A stretch of 64,000 nucleotides of DNA from Azolla caroliniana (GCA_043228905.1 JBHGNT010000005.1:18166001-18230000), one strand, 5' to 3'. Shown: positions 1-11,858, numbered from the stretch's first letter. Notes: a model not told the origin generated them from the sequence alone. Program-made: numbers and translations.

Positions 1-932
1 GGTTACCCTGTACAAAAGGCCATCTAGTTGTCGGTAGCCATTTGCCTCCTATTCTAGGAGTCCACATATCATATCTATGCCTCATCAACACCTTCCAAAC
101 TTCCTTACCTCGAAGGAGACTTCTTACTACCAATTTGCCCAATAATTCTTTGCTCTAAGTTTCTTAATCAATCAATTCAAGTCCTTCCCCTTTTTTGCAT
201 CATGTTATTTTCTTCCATGCAACTTTGGTTGCCACTTTACCCTTTGATTTGCATTCCCATAGAAATTTGAAAAAAACAAATTTTATACCAGTTATCCCTT
301 TCTTGTCAAAGATCCAACATGATAGTGTATGCCACATGGTTGCAAGCAATATCTGATTTGCTATCAATACTCTACCTGCTAGACTTGAGAATTGGGCGGA
401 ATTCTAGTATTTCAGCTTGCTTCTTATTGAGCATTGCAGGGCCTCTACTTGCAAACTCTTGGGAATGTTAATCCCGATCCAGAAACCTAAGTATCTGGTT
501 GCCACATTTTCTTGCAGCCAGTGAAATGAAGGGTTCCGGCACCACTTTGTTTTCTTGCCTCCAATCCACCACCAATTTATCTTGCCCCCAGAAACTATTA
601 ATCAGATTTTCACATCTATATAGATTTTCTTGCATCCCATTTACAAACAACATCACACATCAGCGAAGGCTAATTTAATCAACTCTTTATCATGCTCTTG
701 TATCTGCGAGCCTTTAATTTGTGGCACAACAACTTGTAAACTTTCTAAAAGAGACTCTGTATATAAAATGAATAGGGGACAAATGGGCATCCTTGCCTTA
801 CCAAACATGTTATTTCCAAATCTGGTCCCATATTTCTGGCAATTAATACATACCTTCTTGCATATTTGTATAACACCCACATCCCTCTGATCCACCTATC
901 ACGGAATTCCATTTTCTTCAATATTTTATCCA
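1..932 (-). mobile_element. Decayed L1-clade LINE, RT region (3' part, continues from 30574)
   Basis: Minus-strand peptides FLDKILKKMEFRDRWI, LVRQGCPF and LIKLAFADV match L1 RT motifs (LxxMGF..W, RQGCPLSP, FADD); frameshifted. Confidence 0.8.
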
Positions 933-937
933 AAAAT

Positions 938-1208
938 TGTGGAAAATAATAAATGAGAATAAATAAATAAATATAAATAGTTAATAGTTCTTAGGAATGC
1001 GGTTTTCGTAACTATATTGGTGGTGGTCTTATAAAGCCACCACCAACGTTGTAACTATTAGGCCATTCTATTAATACAATACGTTTCTGTTTCCCTCATT
1101 TATGTCCGTGTTACAACTTGGTCATGTCAAGAGTTCGAATCTTGACAATTTATCTCTCTCTCTCTCTTCTCCTTTTCTTTCTATCTCTCTTTCTCTTCTT
1201 TTCCTACA
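938..1208 (+). repeat. 5' LTR of Copia A (271 bp)
   Basis: TGTGGAAAAT...TTCCTACA, aligns to the 3' LTR at 29245; directly followed by the PBS. Confidence 0.9.
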
Positions 1209-1220
1209 TGGTATCAGAGC
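1209..1220 (+). promoter_or_regulatory. Primer binding site (tRNA-iMet) of Copia A
   Basis: TGGTATCAGAGC directly after the LTR end. Confidence 0.9.
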
Positions 1221-1399
1221 CAAACGACCTATAACCTATAGTCTAGGCCTTTCCAAAATTACAAAACCCATGCCCTTATCATAATTTAACTCATACCCAT
1301 ACAAAAGGAGTCATATTTGTAGTGTCCAAAATCGTCAAATTGTGTTTGTTGTGCACTGATCCGGACAGCCCTTTGCAATAATGGCATAATCTATGTCAT

Positions 1400-2983
1400 T
1401 GTCGCAACTCAATATGTGAAAATTTACGATCGAGAAATTATCGAACACAAATTATCAAATATGGAAGGCAAGATTGGAATTACTTTTTAAATATAATAAA
1501 TTATGGGATATAATTTCAGGATCGTCAACAAAAGCTGCAAAAGGCGAAGAGCTTGAAGAATATGAGGAAAAAGACCTATGTGCAAAAATGGAAATTTTAA
1601 TGCACGTAAGTGATGGCACCAGAGAAACATTGCAAAAAATAGAGACGGCTCATGAAATGTGGAAGCATTTACAAACCATCTACGAACCAAAAAACGATGC
1701 CCAACAAGCACATACACTTCAAGCGCTTGTTAATTACAAAATGAATGATGAACAACCGGTTGGTGAATTTCTATTAATATGGCAAAAGAAATTAGATGAT
1801 GTGTTAACTTCGGGATTAGAAATTCATGATAAATTACATAAGATTCTCCTTCTTGGTGCTCTTCCTCACTCGTGGTCCACTTTCAGAACCTCCCAAAACT
1901 CTATAAATTGTCCAACTCTAATTGATCTTCTTGCAAATATTAGACAGGAAGAAACAATGCAAAACTCTAATTCAACTCCAGTGTGGCAATGGTAGCATAC
2001 AAAAACCGAATATTCACTCAAAGTGAAGAAAGCTCAAAGCCATGGATAAAGAAAGATCAAAACACTAAACAGGAGGAATGTGGCTCAACAACACGTATTG
2101 TAAAATATGCAAATGTTCGATAATCATGCAACAAAAGATTGTCGCACAAAGTCAACTTTCAAGAATTATCAACCTTTGGAGGCGTGTGCAAGCCCATCTT
2201 GTTGAAGAAGAGATGGATGATGATAAAACCATAGGATATGGATATCAAAATGTTGACAAGTATGACATTGTTCTTCAAGCATTCATTTCCAAATCACTTT
2301 CCGCTATGATTCCAAATCTATGTAATGTAAATGACATATGGTATCTCGACATGGTGCCACTAACCACTTAACTAATAGGAAAGATTGGTTATGTAATTAT
2401 AAGGAAGTTGAACCCCCTAGCATTGTAAGATTTGGAAATAATGGGACTAAACAAGCTATTGGCAAGGGTGATATTACTTTTGAAGTCACAGGAGGAAGAC
2501 ATTTCATAATCAATGAAGTTCTCTATGTCCCGGGCATCACCAAACATATGCTATCGGTTAGTCAAGCAACGACAAATGGTACTATCATTGAATTTCATCC
2601 TAACCATGCTATTATTAAACATAAAGTCACAAATGGAGAACTTATTAGAACATGTTGTAAACGAGAAGGAGACTTATATCCCATAAAATATATTCCTACA
2701 TCTCTTATTTTAGAAGCACATCATTCTACCCCAATTCAATCCTCTATATCTCTAACTAATCTACATTCTCCCTCTTCTCTTTGGCATTTTCTTCTAGGCC
2801 ATATGCATTTCAATGCCCTAAAAACATTACAATGTAATAATCTAGTACATGGTTTGCCAAAAGAACCTTTCAAGCCCATCTCTTTGTGTGAAAGTTGTAT
2901 CCTTGGGAAAATGCCCCAACAACCCTTCCCAAAGCATAGATCTAGAGCCTCTACCACTCTTGCATTAGTACATAATGATCTAT
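1400..2983 (+). pseudogene. Copia A gag-protease-GAG-pre-integrase (frameshifted); start approximate
   Basis: IEKLSNTNYQIWK, LLGALPHSW, WYLD/GATNHLT protease, VLYVPGITKHMLSV, LWH..LGH and CESCILGK; stops at LVHNDL where B begins. Confidence 0.85.
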
Positions 2984-3837
2984 TGTTGGTAGACAGGTCC
3001 CTCCGGATGGTGCAGGCCCGGTATGAACCGGATGAGGAGTACCCGACTTCTGGGAGAGTCGGATGGTACAGGCCCGGTATGAACCGGATGAGGAGAACCC
3101 GACTTCGGAGAGTCGGATGGTGCAGGCCCGGTATGAACCGGATGAGGAGAACCCGACTTCGGAGAGTCGGATGGTGCAGGCCCGGTATGAACCGGATGAG
3201 GAGAACCCGACTTCGGAGAGTCGGATGGTGCAGGCCCGGTATGAACCGGATGAGGAGTACCCGACTTCTGGGAGAGTCGGATGGTACAGGCCCGGTATGA
3301 ACCGGATGAGGAGAACCCGACTTCTGGGAGAGTCGGATGGTACAGGCCCGGTATGAACCGGATGAGGAGTACCCGACTGCGGAGAGTCGGATGGAGCCCA
3401 TCGAGGCTACATTTGTAAATAGCCGAAAAGTCATATTAGTATAAATATGACTTAGGGCAAACTTTTAGTGTTGTTGTCATTCTTGTTGTTCTTCTTTCTT
3501 GTTGGCGCAAGAAGAAATCAGAGCGCGCAACTGTATAGAGAGAGAGAGAGAGAGACGAGGTTGTTGCCTCTGTTGTAACCGCCGCCTGTGGCGAAGATCT
3601 GAGAGCACGAGGTCGTTGCCTCGGTGATCTCACTGTTGTATATTTCTGCATAGTGACAGTTTGCAGCTTGTGGGCTGCCGTGGTTTTTTCCCCTATTTTG
3701 GGGTTTTTCCACGTATACCTCCTGTGCACCTCTTCTTCTCCTCTTTTGTGTCGCGTTTCATTACCTGTTTTTCTGTGTATGTAAATAATCTCGGTTGTGG
3801 CCGAGCGTCGGACATAAGGAACGTCGAGTTCCCAACA
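2984..3837 (+). repeat. 5' LTR of Copia B (854 bp)
   Basis: TGTTGG...CCCAACA, TATA-like GTATAAATA near 3440, (GA)n tract, followed by AG and the PBS. Confidence 0.88.
3003..3390 (+). repeat. Tandem array of seven 54/56-bp units in U3 of the B 5' LTR
   Basis: Unit GGATGGT(G/A)CAGGCCCGGTATGAACCGGATGAGGAG(T/A)ACCCGACTTC(TG)GGAGAGTC, head to tail, no spacers. Confidence 0.95.
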
Positions 3838-3868
3838 AGTGGTATCAGAGCAAAATCGACACAGAAAA

Positions 3869-6800
3869 ATGGACGAATCGTTTGGCGGCATGTTCAAGCT
3901 CACCGGCTCCAACTATTCAGTGTGGAAGTCGAAGATGAGGGACATGCTCGTGGTTAAAGACCTCTGGCTGCCGGTTCAGTTCGGGGACAAGAGACCGGAC
4001 AAAATCGACGCCGCGATATGGGAGGTGATGCACATGAAGACAACGGCGTACATACGGTGCTTCATCGACATGAGCCTGTACAACAACTTCAATGAAGAGA
4101 GTAAGGCTCATGAACTCTGGGAGAAGATCGGCACAATGTTCCAGAACAAAAACGCTGTCAATCAGGCGTCGGTATTCCGGAAGCTTGTAAGACTCCGGTA
4201 CCAAGATGGCCACAGCATGGCGGAGCATATGAATGCCTTCCAGGGGCTGATTCACCAGGCAACGTCATTGGAAGTACCTCTTGCCGATGAGGTCCTAGCG
4301 CTACTCTTGCTCGGTTCCCTCCCGGATAGCTGGGAGACGTTGGTTGTTACTTTGGGCAACGCCGGGCCGGAAGGAAAACGGCTATCCCTAGCAAGAGTAA
4401 AGTCGAGCTTGCTAGATGAGGAGGCTCGTCGGAAAGACAAAGATACGAGCTCCGACTCCAAAGCGCTCCTTACCGAATCGGAATGTGGAAGACAGAGAAA
4501 CCGTAGTCCCCAGAACTGGGAGAAGTCGGGGACACGATCAAAGTCAAGGGGGAGGCCTACTTGCTTCTATTGCGGCAAGCCGGGACACTTCCAAAAGAAC
4601 TGTCGACATTTCCGTAAAGACAAGGAAACCGACGGTACCGATTCGAAGCAAACCCCGAACCGGAACGGTACAGACCGGAACGGTAAAGACCGGAGGGGGG
4701 CGGACCAGAAGGGAACGACGGCAATTGCGGCAAGTGAAGAGGAGTTGATGCTCATCACCGAGGAGAGTGAGATAAACCATGCCGGCGATGAGATTACCTG
4801 GGTGGTAGATTCCGGAGCGTCATTCCACCTTACCCCAGACCGGAAATGCTTCTCATCCTACTCAGCCGGTGATCACGGCTGTGTCCGGATGGGGAATGAA
4901 GGAACATGCCGAATTGTCGGCATAGGAGACGTGTGGCTGACAACACCAACCGGATGCAAATTGCTGTTGAAAGATGTCCGACACGTTCCGGAAGTTCGTT
5001 TGAACCTGATATCAGCCGGTCGGCTAGATGATGAAGGCTACACGGGTAGCATCCGGAACGGTGTCATGAAGTTCAGCAAAGGGAGCTTGATTGTGGCTCG
5101 GGCTCGGAAGGTAAACACACTGTACCTGATGAATACCCGGTTATGTCCGGAAGAAGTGAACGTGGCTTCCGACACTGCCGGTGAGCTGTGGCACAAGAGG
5201 CTATGTCACATGAGTGAGAAGGGGATGAAGAGGCTTGCAGACGACAACCTCATCCCAGTGAAGAACGTGCATTTAGAGAAGTGCACTGATTGTCTGGCTG
5301 GTAAGCAGAACCGGACCTCCTTCCGACCAAGGCCACCGATGAGACGTAATGCACCACTGGAGTTGGTGCATAAGGATGTTTGTCAAGTAGACACGAAGTC
5401 ACATGCCGGAGCGCAGTACTTCGTGACGTTCATAGATGACCACAGCCGGAGGCTGTGGGCCACACCGCTGAAGACAAAGGATCAGGTGTTATCCGTCTTC
5501 AAAGAGCTCCACGCGAGAGTGGAAAGAGAAACTGGCCGGAAGCTGAAGGCGGTTCGAGCAGATAACGGAGGTGAGTACCGGGGGCAGTTCGAGGAGTACT
5601 GCCGCTCGAAGGGAATCCGGCTCGAATTTACCGTGCCGAAGACGCCGGAACTAAACGGGCTGGCCGAGAGGATGAACCGGACCATAATGGAGAGGGTCCG
5701 GAGTATGCTAGCGCATGCAAAACTACCCAAGAAGTTTTGGGCTGAGGCACTGTCGACGGCGACATATGTGATAAACAGATCACCCTCAATACCCTTGGAC
5801 GGAGACACGCCACAGAGAGTATGGACCGGTAAGGAAGTGTCCTACCGGCATCTGAGGGTGTTCGGGTGTCTCGCGTACGTGCATGTAACAAAGGACCGGA
5901 GAGGAAAGCTAGATCCAAAGACCCGGCCATGCATATTCCTCGGTTACGGTGACGATGAGTTCGGCTACCGAGTGTGGGACCCGATCGACAAGAAGGTATT
6001 CCGGAGTCAAGATATTATCTTCATGGAGGACAAGACGCTCGCCGACTGGGAGTCGGAGAAGAAGATAATGAACTCCGAGTCGACCGGTAAGGATAGACTC
6101 TACAATGAGCAGACCCAACCGGCAAGAGACCGGTTAGCACTCGAGGAACCAGCCGGTTACGGTGAGGATACCGAACCGGCAGAAGAAGAAGTAGAGGAAG
6201 CTGAGACCGGAACCGGTCAAGACCCCGAATCGGATTCGGATGAAGAGCAAATGGAGGAACCGATTACCGAAGCCCTAAGACGTAGATATCCTCTCAGAGA
6301 GAGAAGGGCGCCCCGGAGATTTCCGGATGCAGAGCATGTCCTGCTGACCGATGAGGGGGAGCCGGAAAGCTTCGAAGAAGCGAAGGTTGACACCCACAGC
6401 CGAAAATGGTTAAGTGCCATGCAGGATGAGATGGATTCCCTGCATGAGAACCATACGTACGAATTGGTGGAGCTGCCGAAAGGAAAGCGGGCACTCCGAA
6501 ACAAGTGGGTATTCAAGTTGAAACCGGGAGATGCCGGCAACCCCTCGAGATACAAAGCCAGGATCGTGGTGAAGGGGTTCGAGCAGAAGAAGGGCGTGGA
6601 TTTCGACGAAATATTCGCCCCGGTAGTAAAGATGACCTCCATCCGGACGGTGCTGAGTATAGCAGCAAGCATGGATCTCGAGGTAGAGCAGCTGGACGTG
6701 AAGACGGCATTCCTTCACGGCGACCTCGAAGAGGAGATCTACATGCAGCAACCGGAAGGATTTGTGGAGAAAGGGAAGGAGCACCTGGTATGCCGGTTGA

Positions 6801-7399
6801 AGAAGAGTCTATACGGACTGAAGCAGGCTCCCCGGCAATGGTATCGGAAGTTCGACTCCTTCATGACCGATCAAGGGTACCACAAGACGCAAGCCGATCA
6901 CTGCGTGTTTGTGAAGAAGTTCGAAGGAGGGGACTTTCTGATACTCCTCCTGTACGTGGATGACATGTTGATTGTCGGACGGGACCAAGCCAGAATACGG
7001 ATGCTGAAGAAGGCTCTCAACCGAACTTTCGCAATGAAAGACTTGGGTCTGGCAAGACAGATGCTGGGGATGCATATCATCCGAAACCGGCCAATGAAGC
7101 AATTGTGGCTGTCACAGGAGAAGTACGTGACAAAGGTGCTTCAGCGGTTCAACATGTTAGAAGAGAAACTGGTCGAATCGACACTCTCGGCAAACTGCAG
7201 ATTATCCGATAAGCAAAGCCCGAAGACGAAAGCAGAGAAGGCTGATATGATGAAGGTTCCATATGCCTCTGCCGTCGGGAGCTTATTGTACGCAATGGTG
7301 TGTACCCGACCGGATATAGGATACGCAATCGGAGTGGTGAGCCGGTTTATGAGAAATCCCGGCAAGGAGCACTGGAATGCGGTCAAATGGATACTCTAG
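3869..7399 (+). CDS. Copia B Gag-Pol polyprotein; premature stop late in RT, relic frame continues with stops to 7930
   Basis: ATG 3869 (MDESFGG); CFYCGKPGHFQKNC knuckle; WVVDSGASFH protease; FIDD/DNGGEY/NGLAERMNRT integrase; GKLDPK; LLYVDDML RT; RNase H relic STTEVEY...YCDSQSA at 7580-7930. Confidence 0.9.
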   Translation: MDESFGGMFKLTGSNYSVWKSKMRDMLVVKDLWLPVQFGDKRPDKIDAAIWEVMHMKTTAYIRCFIDMSLYNNFNEESKAHELWEKIGTMFQNKNAVNQASVFRKLVRLRYQDGHSMAEHMNAFQGLIHQATSLEVPLADEVLALLLLGSLPDSWETLVVTLGNAGPEGKRLSLARVKSSLLDEEARRKDKDTSSDSKALLTESECGRQRNRSPQNWEKSGTRSKSRGRPTCFYCGKPGHFQKNCRHFRKDKETDGTDSKQTPNRNGTDRNGKDRRGADQKGTTAIAASEEELMLITEESEINHAGDEITWVVDSGASFHLTPDRKCFSSYSAGDHGCVRMGNEGTCRIVGIGDVWLTTPTGCKLLLKDVRHVPEVRLNLISAGRLDDEGYTGSIRNGVMKFSKGSLIVARARKVNTLYLMNTRLCPEEVNVASDTAGELWHKRLCHMSEKGMKRLADDNLIPVKNVHLEKCTDCLAGKQNRTSFRPRPPMRRNAPLELVHKDVCQVDTKSHAGAQYFVTFIDDHSRRLWATPLKTKDQVLSVFKELHARVERETGRKLKAVRADNGGEYRGQFEEYCRSKGIRLEFTVPKTPELNGLAERMNRTIMERVRSMLAHAKLPKKFWAEALSTATYVINRSPSIPLDGDTPQRVWTGKEVSYRHLRVFGCLAYVHVTKDRRGKLDPKTRPCIFLGYGDDEFGYRVWDPIDKKVFRSQDIIFMEDKTLADWESEKKIMNSESTGKDRLYNEQTQPARDRLALEEPAGYGEDTEPAEEEVEEAETGTGQDPESDSDEEQMEEPITEALRRRYPLRERRAPRRFPDAEHVLLTDEGEPESFEEAKVDTHSRKWLSAMQDEMDSLHENHTYELVELPKGKRALRNKWVFKLKPGDAGNPSRYKARIVVKGFEQKKGVDFDEIFAPVVKMTSIRTVLSIAASMDLEVEQLDVKTAFLHGDLEEEIYMQQPEGFVEKGKEHLVCRLKKSLYGLKQAPRQWYRKFDSFMTDQGYHKTQADHCVFVKKFEGGDFLILLLYVDDMLIVGRDQARIRMLKKALNRTFAMKDLGLARQMLGMHIIRNRPMKQLWLSQEKYVTKVLQRFNMLEEKLVESTLSANCRLSDKQSPKTKAEKADMMKVPYASAVGSLLYAMVCTRPDIGYAIGVVSRFMRNPGKEHWNAVKWIL

Positions 7400-7940
7400 C
7401 ACTTGAAGGGCACTTCGAACATGTGTCTCTGATTCGGCCCCGGCAAACCTCAACTTGACGGTTTTACCGATTCGGACATGTCGACTGATGTGGATACCAG
7501 CCGGTCTACATCCAGGTATGTAATGACATATGCAGGGGGAGCTATTTCGTGGCAGTTGAGGCTGTAGAAGACAATTGCGTTGTCAACCACGGAAGTGGAG
7601 TACATGGCGGTTGTGGAAGCCGGCAAGGAAATACTATGGATGAAGGACTTCATCGGAGAGCTCGGTATCCAGCAAGATGAATACTGGCTCTATTGCGACA
7701 GTCAAAGTGCCATCCACCTTGCTAAGAACGCAACGTACCACTCTAGGACAAAGCACATCCAGCGTAGGTATCACTGGATCCGGGAGCGAGTAGAAGATCG
7801 AGAGTTCGCGCTGATGAAGATCCACACGGCCGAGAACGGGTCAGATATGCTGACCAAAGTACTGATACCTGACAAGTTGGATGCATGTCAGAAGCAGATC
7901 GGACTAGTAAGACATCCCATGCCGGAGTGAAGGGGGAGTT

Positions 7941-8512
7941 TGTTAGGAAACAGGTCCCTTCGGATGGGAAGTGAAAAGGACAGTGATGATGAGCAAACTT
8001 GGCCGAGGCCGAAACTGAATGTGGAGTACCCGGCTACGAAAGACCCGGTGAGAACAGGATGAGTACCCAGCAACAGAAGACCCGGTGAGAACCGGATGAC
8101 GAGTACCCGGCTACAGAAGACCCGGTGAGAACCGGATGACGAGTACCCAGCAACGGAAGACCCGGTGAGAACCAGATGACGTGTGCCCGGCAAGCGCCGG
8201 ATGACGCAGGCCCGGTGAGGAGTGCTCACCGGATGAAGGGACATATTCGTAAATATGTTTCCGAGAGTTCATCGGGGTTATATTTGTAAATAGCCGAAAA
8301 GTCATATTAGTATAAATATGACTTAGGGCAAACTTAGTACAGTAGGTGTCATTCTTGTTGGTGCAAGATTAGAGCGCGTAACTGTGTACAGAGAGAGTGA
8401 GAGAGAGGAAGAGGTCGTTGCCTCTGTTGTAACCGCCGCCTGTGGCGAAGATAGCAAGCTCGAGGCTCGGTTGCGGCCGAGCGTTGTTCATCGGGAGCGT
8501 GTGTTCCTATCA
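7941..8512 (+). repeat. 3' LTR of Copia B (572 bp) with four ~40-bp tandem units at 8024-8180
   Basis: TGTTAGG...TTCCTATCA; shares the TATA block TTTGTAAATAGCCGAAAAGTCATATTAGTATAAATATGACTTAGGGCAAAC with the 5' LTR but has a different U3 array and U5. Confidence 0.85.
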
Positions 8513-9300
8513 GTAAAAGGATGTTGAAGCAATCCTAGGGAGTGATAGAGAGGCTAGATTATGTTTCAAGTACTTTTCAAATTTGGGGAATGGTTTTCTC
8601 ATTTTTCTGGGAGGATGAGTGGAGACAAATTGTCAAAAGGTATTATACTAAGATGTATACATTTGATAGCAGGTTATGTATTGTTGACTATGAGCAAATT
8701 GAATGTGGAAGATAGAAGACTGAATTAAGATGCAGCAACTTTGTGTACGTTGAAAGTGGAATTAGAAGAGTGGTTTGGCTTTGCTTGGGGAAGCCATCCT
8801 TTGGGGAAAATCTTTTTGCTTTGTGTTTGTGGCAAAGATGGATGATGTTAAAGGATGTTGAAGCAATTCTAGGGAGTGACAAGGAGGCTAGATTATGTTT
8901 CAATGACTTTTCAAAGTTGGGGAGGGCTTTTTTGAGTTTTCTGGGGAGGATGAGTGGAGACAAATTGTCAAAAGGTATTGTATTAGGATGTATACATTTG
9001 GTACCAGGCCTTATGTATTGCTATTTATAGGTTGGTTAAATGTGGAAAATAAAAGACTGTCTCAAGATGTAGCTACTTTGTGTACATTGAAAGTAGAAAT
9101 TACAAGAGTGGTTTGGCTTTGCTTGGGGAAGCCATCCTTATGAGAAAATCTTTTTATTATGGGGCAGAGATGGATATGATGTTAAAGGATGTTGAAGCAC
9201 TTCTAGGGAGTGACAAGGAGGATAGATTATGTTTCATTTACTTGTCAAATTTGGGGAGTGGTTTTCTCTTTTTTCTGGGGAGGATGAGTGGAGACAATTT
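8513..9300. repeat. Degenerate 334-bp tandem repeat, about 2.4 copies
   Basis: AAAGGATGTTGAAGCA..CTAGGGAGTGA...AGATTATGTTTC recurs at about 8513, 8847 and 9181. Confidence 0.85.
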
Positions 9301-9679
9301 TAGGTGTAGCTAATTATGAGCAAGTTGAAGAAGGATGGTGCTTCACAATGCAACTTCTTTGTGTGGAGACAAAGTAATGGAAGACGCTAGAAGGCCGTCA
9401 TATGACCCTCATCTTGTGTGCTTTACCTATGAGGAAAGAGGGACTTCCGGTTTGGGCTATGGCTTCTAAAAATGCACTAATTTCAGGATATTAATACTAG
9501 GTGGCACTATAGGAGTGGTTATAGGTACAGAAACTTGCAATGAAATCATGAGTATCAGGCTGCTAAAAGACTTTGTTGGACATATGCTATATGTGGCTAG
9601 GTGGATCATGGTTCAACAGAGATTTTTTGTGGTTTACTTGGTGATCATACAACAAGGATTGGATGTGGCAGAATGATGT

Positions 9680-10272
9680 AATTTGAAGAATGGTCTGCAT
9701 GCTATGGTTCTCCGAAGTTGTGTGAGCATACAAGTGGTTCATTGTCTTCATGTATACGAGGTAGTTTCAAGAGAATGGAGGGAGTATAGAACTAGGAATT
9801 TGGTGCTAACCAACAAGATGATTGATGTGGAAAGAGGAAGCATTATTTTTGTGTTTACAAACGTGCATATGAAATGTGGTTGTCTTGAAGAAGCACAGAA
9901 TGTATTTGATCTCCTTCAAAACCGAGATGTAGAGGCATGGAATACATTGTTCTCTACCTTGGAAGCTTGTGGTAGCATTCGGTTTTTAGGGTAAAGGAAG
10001 ATTTATTGGAATTGCATTGGTGGATATAGCATGCTGAAAAATCATTCTAATGGTTCCAATCTAGGAGTTGCGAGGGCTTGTCTCTGGATGTCACAACTTT
10101 TGTTTTTGTTTATGGAATAGCTTGGAATGTATTGATTACAAATTATGATGAACAAGAGCAGGTTGAAGAAGCATTGAAATGGTTCATATCTATGAGCTGT
10201 GAGCGCTTGTCTCTGGATGCAACTACTTTTGTTGTTGTCAATGGAATAGCTTGGAATGTGTCTATAGAATAA
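9680..10272 (+). pseudogene. Decayed PLS-class PPR gene fragment
   Basis: MKCGCLEEAQNVFDLLQNRDVEAWNTL and AWNVLITNYDEQEQVEEALKWFISMSCERLSLDATTFV match S- and P-type PPR motifs; broken frames. Confidence 0.75.
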
Positions 10273-10315
10273 CTTTCAGATTAGTTTTTCCTCTACTTTG
10301 GAGTACATAGATTTG

Positions 10316-10735
10316 TGTTACCGGCCGGCAAGGAGTCCAAAATACGGAGTGAAGGAATTAATTAAATATAGTTGTAAATGAGCATAGTGTGGACGGACGG
10401 ACTGGAAACGGTATGCCGTTCCAGATCCGGACGGATCCCGAATAGGTGCGAGAGGCACCGTTTTGTACTACGGGTCGGAAACCTATTTAAAGGCCCGGAC
10501 CCCATTGTAATCACAGCGGATAATTAATAGAGCTTATGATGTTTATACTTCTGTGTTGATTTCCGTTCTGTAATTACTGTTATATCTTACGCGTGTAATT
10601 AACCAAAGCATTCTAATCATGTAACCTACGTAAGTTGGTGTAATCGTTGAATCTTAATCCTATGCCGTAATCACCCTTTGGTGAAGTGTCTCCGTGACAC
10701 CTTGTGTTAGGCCTTGTCCGGCTAAGCGAATAACA
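10316..10735 (+). repeat. 5' LTR of Gypsy C
   Basis: TGTTACCGG...GAATAACA; TATA-like CCTATTTAAAGG. Confidence 0.95.
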
Positions 10736-10741
10736 CAGTTT

Positions 10742-10751
10742 TGGCGACCAC
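10742..10751 (+). promoter_or_regulatory. Probable PBS of Gypsy C (non-Met tRNA, possibly Arg)
   Basis: TGGCGACCAC 6 nt after the LTR end; the tRNA identity is an inference. Confidence 0.6.
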
Positions 10752-10786
10752 GATTCCTGCTTTCTCGCAGTGAACGACGGTAATGG

Positions 10787-11858
10787 ATGACTAGACCAAC
10801 GCACGACTTGGTTACAGACCGAGCTCGACGCCTCGCCGAACGGCAAAGACGGCGTGAGACTTTCCAGCAAGCAGCGCACGAAATTCGCTCGGATCGTTCG
10901 TTCTCCAACGAGATCCGGAGAGTCGCGGAGGAATCTCTTCGGTTACGGCAAACTCGTGACCAGGACGACGGAAGCAGTCTAAGTAGTCTCCGGGAAACCG
11001 AACGCCTCCTCGAGGCGCTGGCAGGCGGAGAAAACGAGGCAGAAGCCTTTTCAGCCTACGAATCGGATTCCGAAGGGGGATACAGCGTGCACACGAATTA
11101 CAGGAGCAGCAACGATACCCCCGGCGGCCCGGAGGACGACGGGTCGGATACCGTGCCGACTCCAGAACCGGAACCGCTCGACCAGGGCTATCCGGAACCG
11201 CAAACGGAAGCCGTCAACCCACCAACACCGGAAGTGGCAGAAGCAAAGCCACCGACACCAATGAAAGAGCCGGCAAAGGTACCGGAAGAAGAGCCGGTGA
11301 AGGAACCGGAAAAAGAACCGGAAAAGGAACCGGAAAAAGCACCGGCAAAACAACCGGAAGTGGAACCGGAGAGAAAACCGGAAAGATATCAACAAACGCC
11401 ACTAAACCGCGGCCTAATTCTGGACGACGACATGCCGTTCCAATACTCAAAGTATCGCGATGATCCGGACGCGGAAGCGCATGTTCATGCCTTCGAGCAG
11501 ACATGGGAAGCAAATCATACGTCCCAGCGAATGACACCGGAGGAAGAAGAACGCTCGAAGATAGCGGAATTCGGGGTCACGTTGGAAGGACCAGCGACAC
11601 GATGGCGGCGGACGCAGGACCCGGCGACCATCACAACCTTTGCAGAATTAAAAGCAAAATTCTTGCATTTTTTCCACAAGGAGGTCGACCAGACGACAAT
11701 GGTGGGCCTGTTTTATACGATCCGACAGGAGGCAGGGGAAAGCATTCCCCAATTCGTCATCCGTTTCCAACGAATGCATAGCCAGCTTGCCCGTGCACCC
11801 CCGGAGGAGGAATTACGGACGATATTTTTAAACGCACTTCGGGAGCCGTTGCGCACGG
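10787..11858 (+). CDS. Gypsy C Gag, 5' part (interrupted by a solo LTR)
   Basis: Acidic EPEK-rich N-terminus, then a Retrotrans_gag-like core (TLEGPATRW...LKAKFL...IRQEAGESIPQFVIRF). Removing the insert restores the frame PLRTVCTVIDF. Confidence 0.88.

Larger units (their letters stand above)
2984..8512 (+). mobile_element. Ty1/Copia element B (Tork/Tto1-like), non-identical LTRs
   Basis: LTRs 2984-3837 and 7941-8512; PBS 3840-3851; PPT GAAGGGGGAGTT before 7941; full gag-pol. Flanks TCTAT and GTAAA do not form a TSD. Confidence 0.88.

Noticed and set aside
3003-3390. CRISPR-like array or repeat protein (MVQARYEPDEENPTSESR)n
   Set aside because: Units are contiguous with no unique spacers, no cas genes are present, and the array lies inside an LTR; the ORFs are by-products of a stop-free repeat.
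7397-7405. Programmed readthrough at B's TAG CAC TTG
   Set aside because: It falls in the conserved ILxYLKG motif, D has a sense codon there, and further stops follow, so it is decay.
9683-10272. Functional PPR gene
   Set aside because: Multiple stops and frameshifts and only two or three degenerate motifs.
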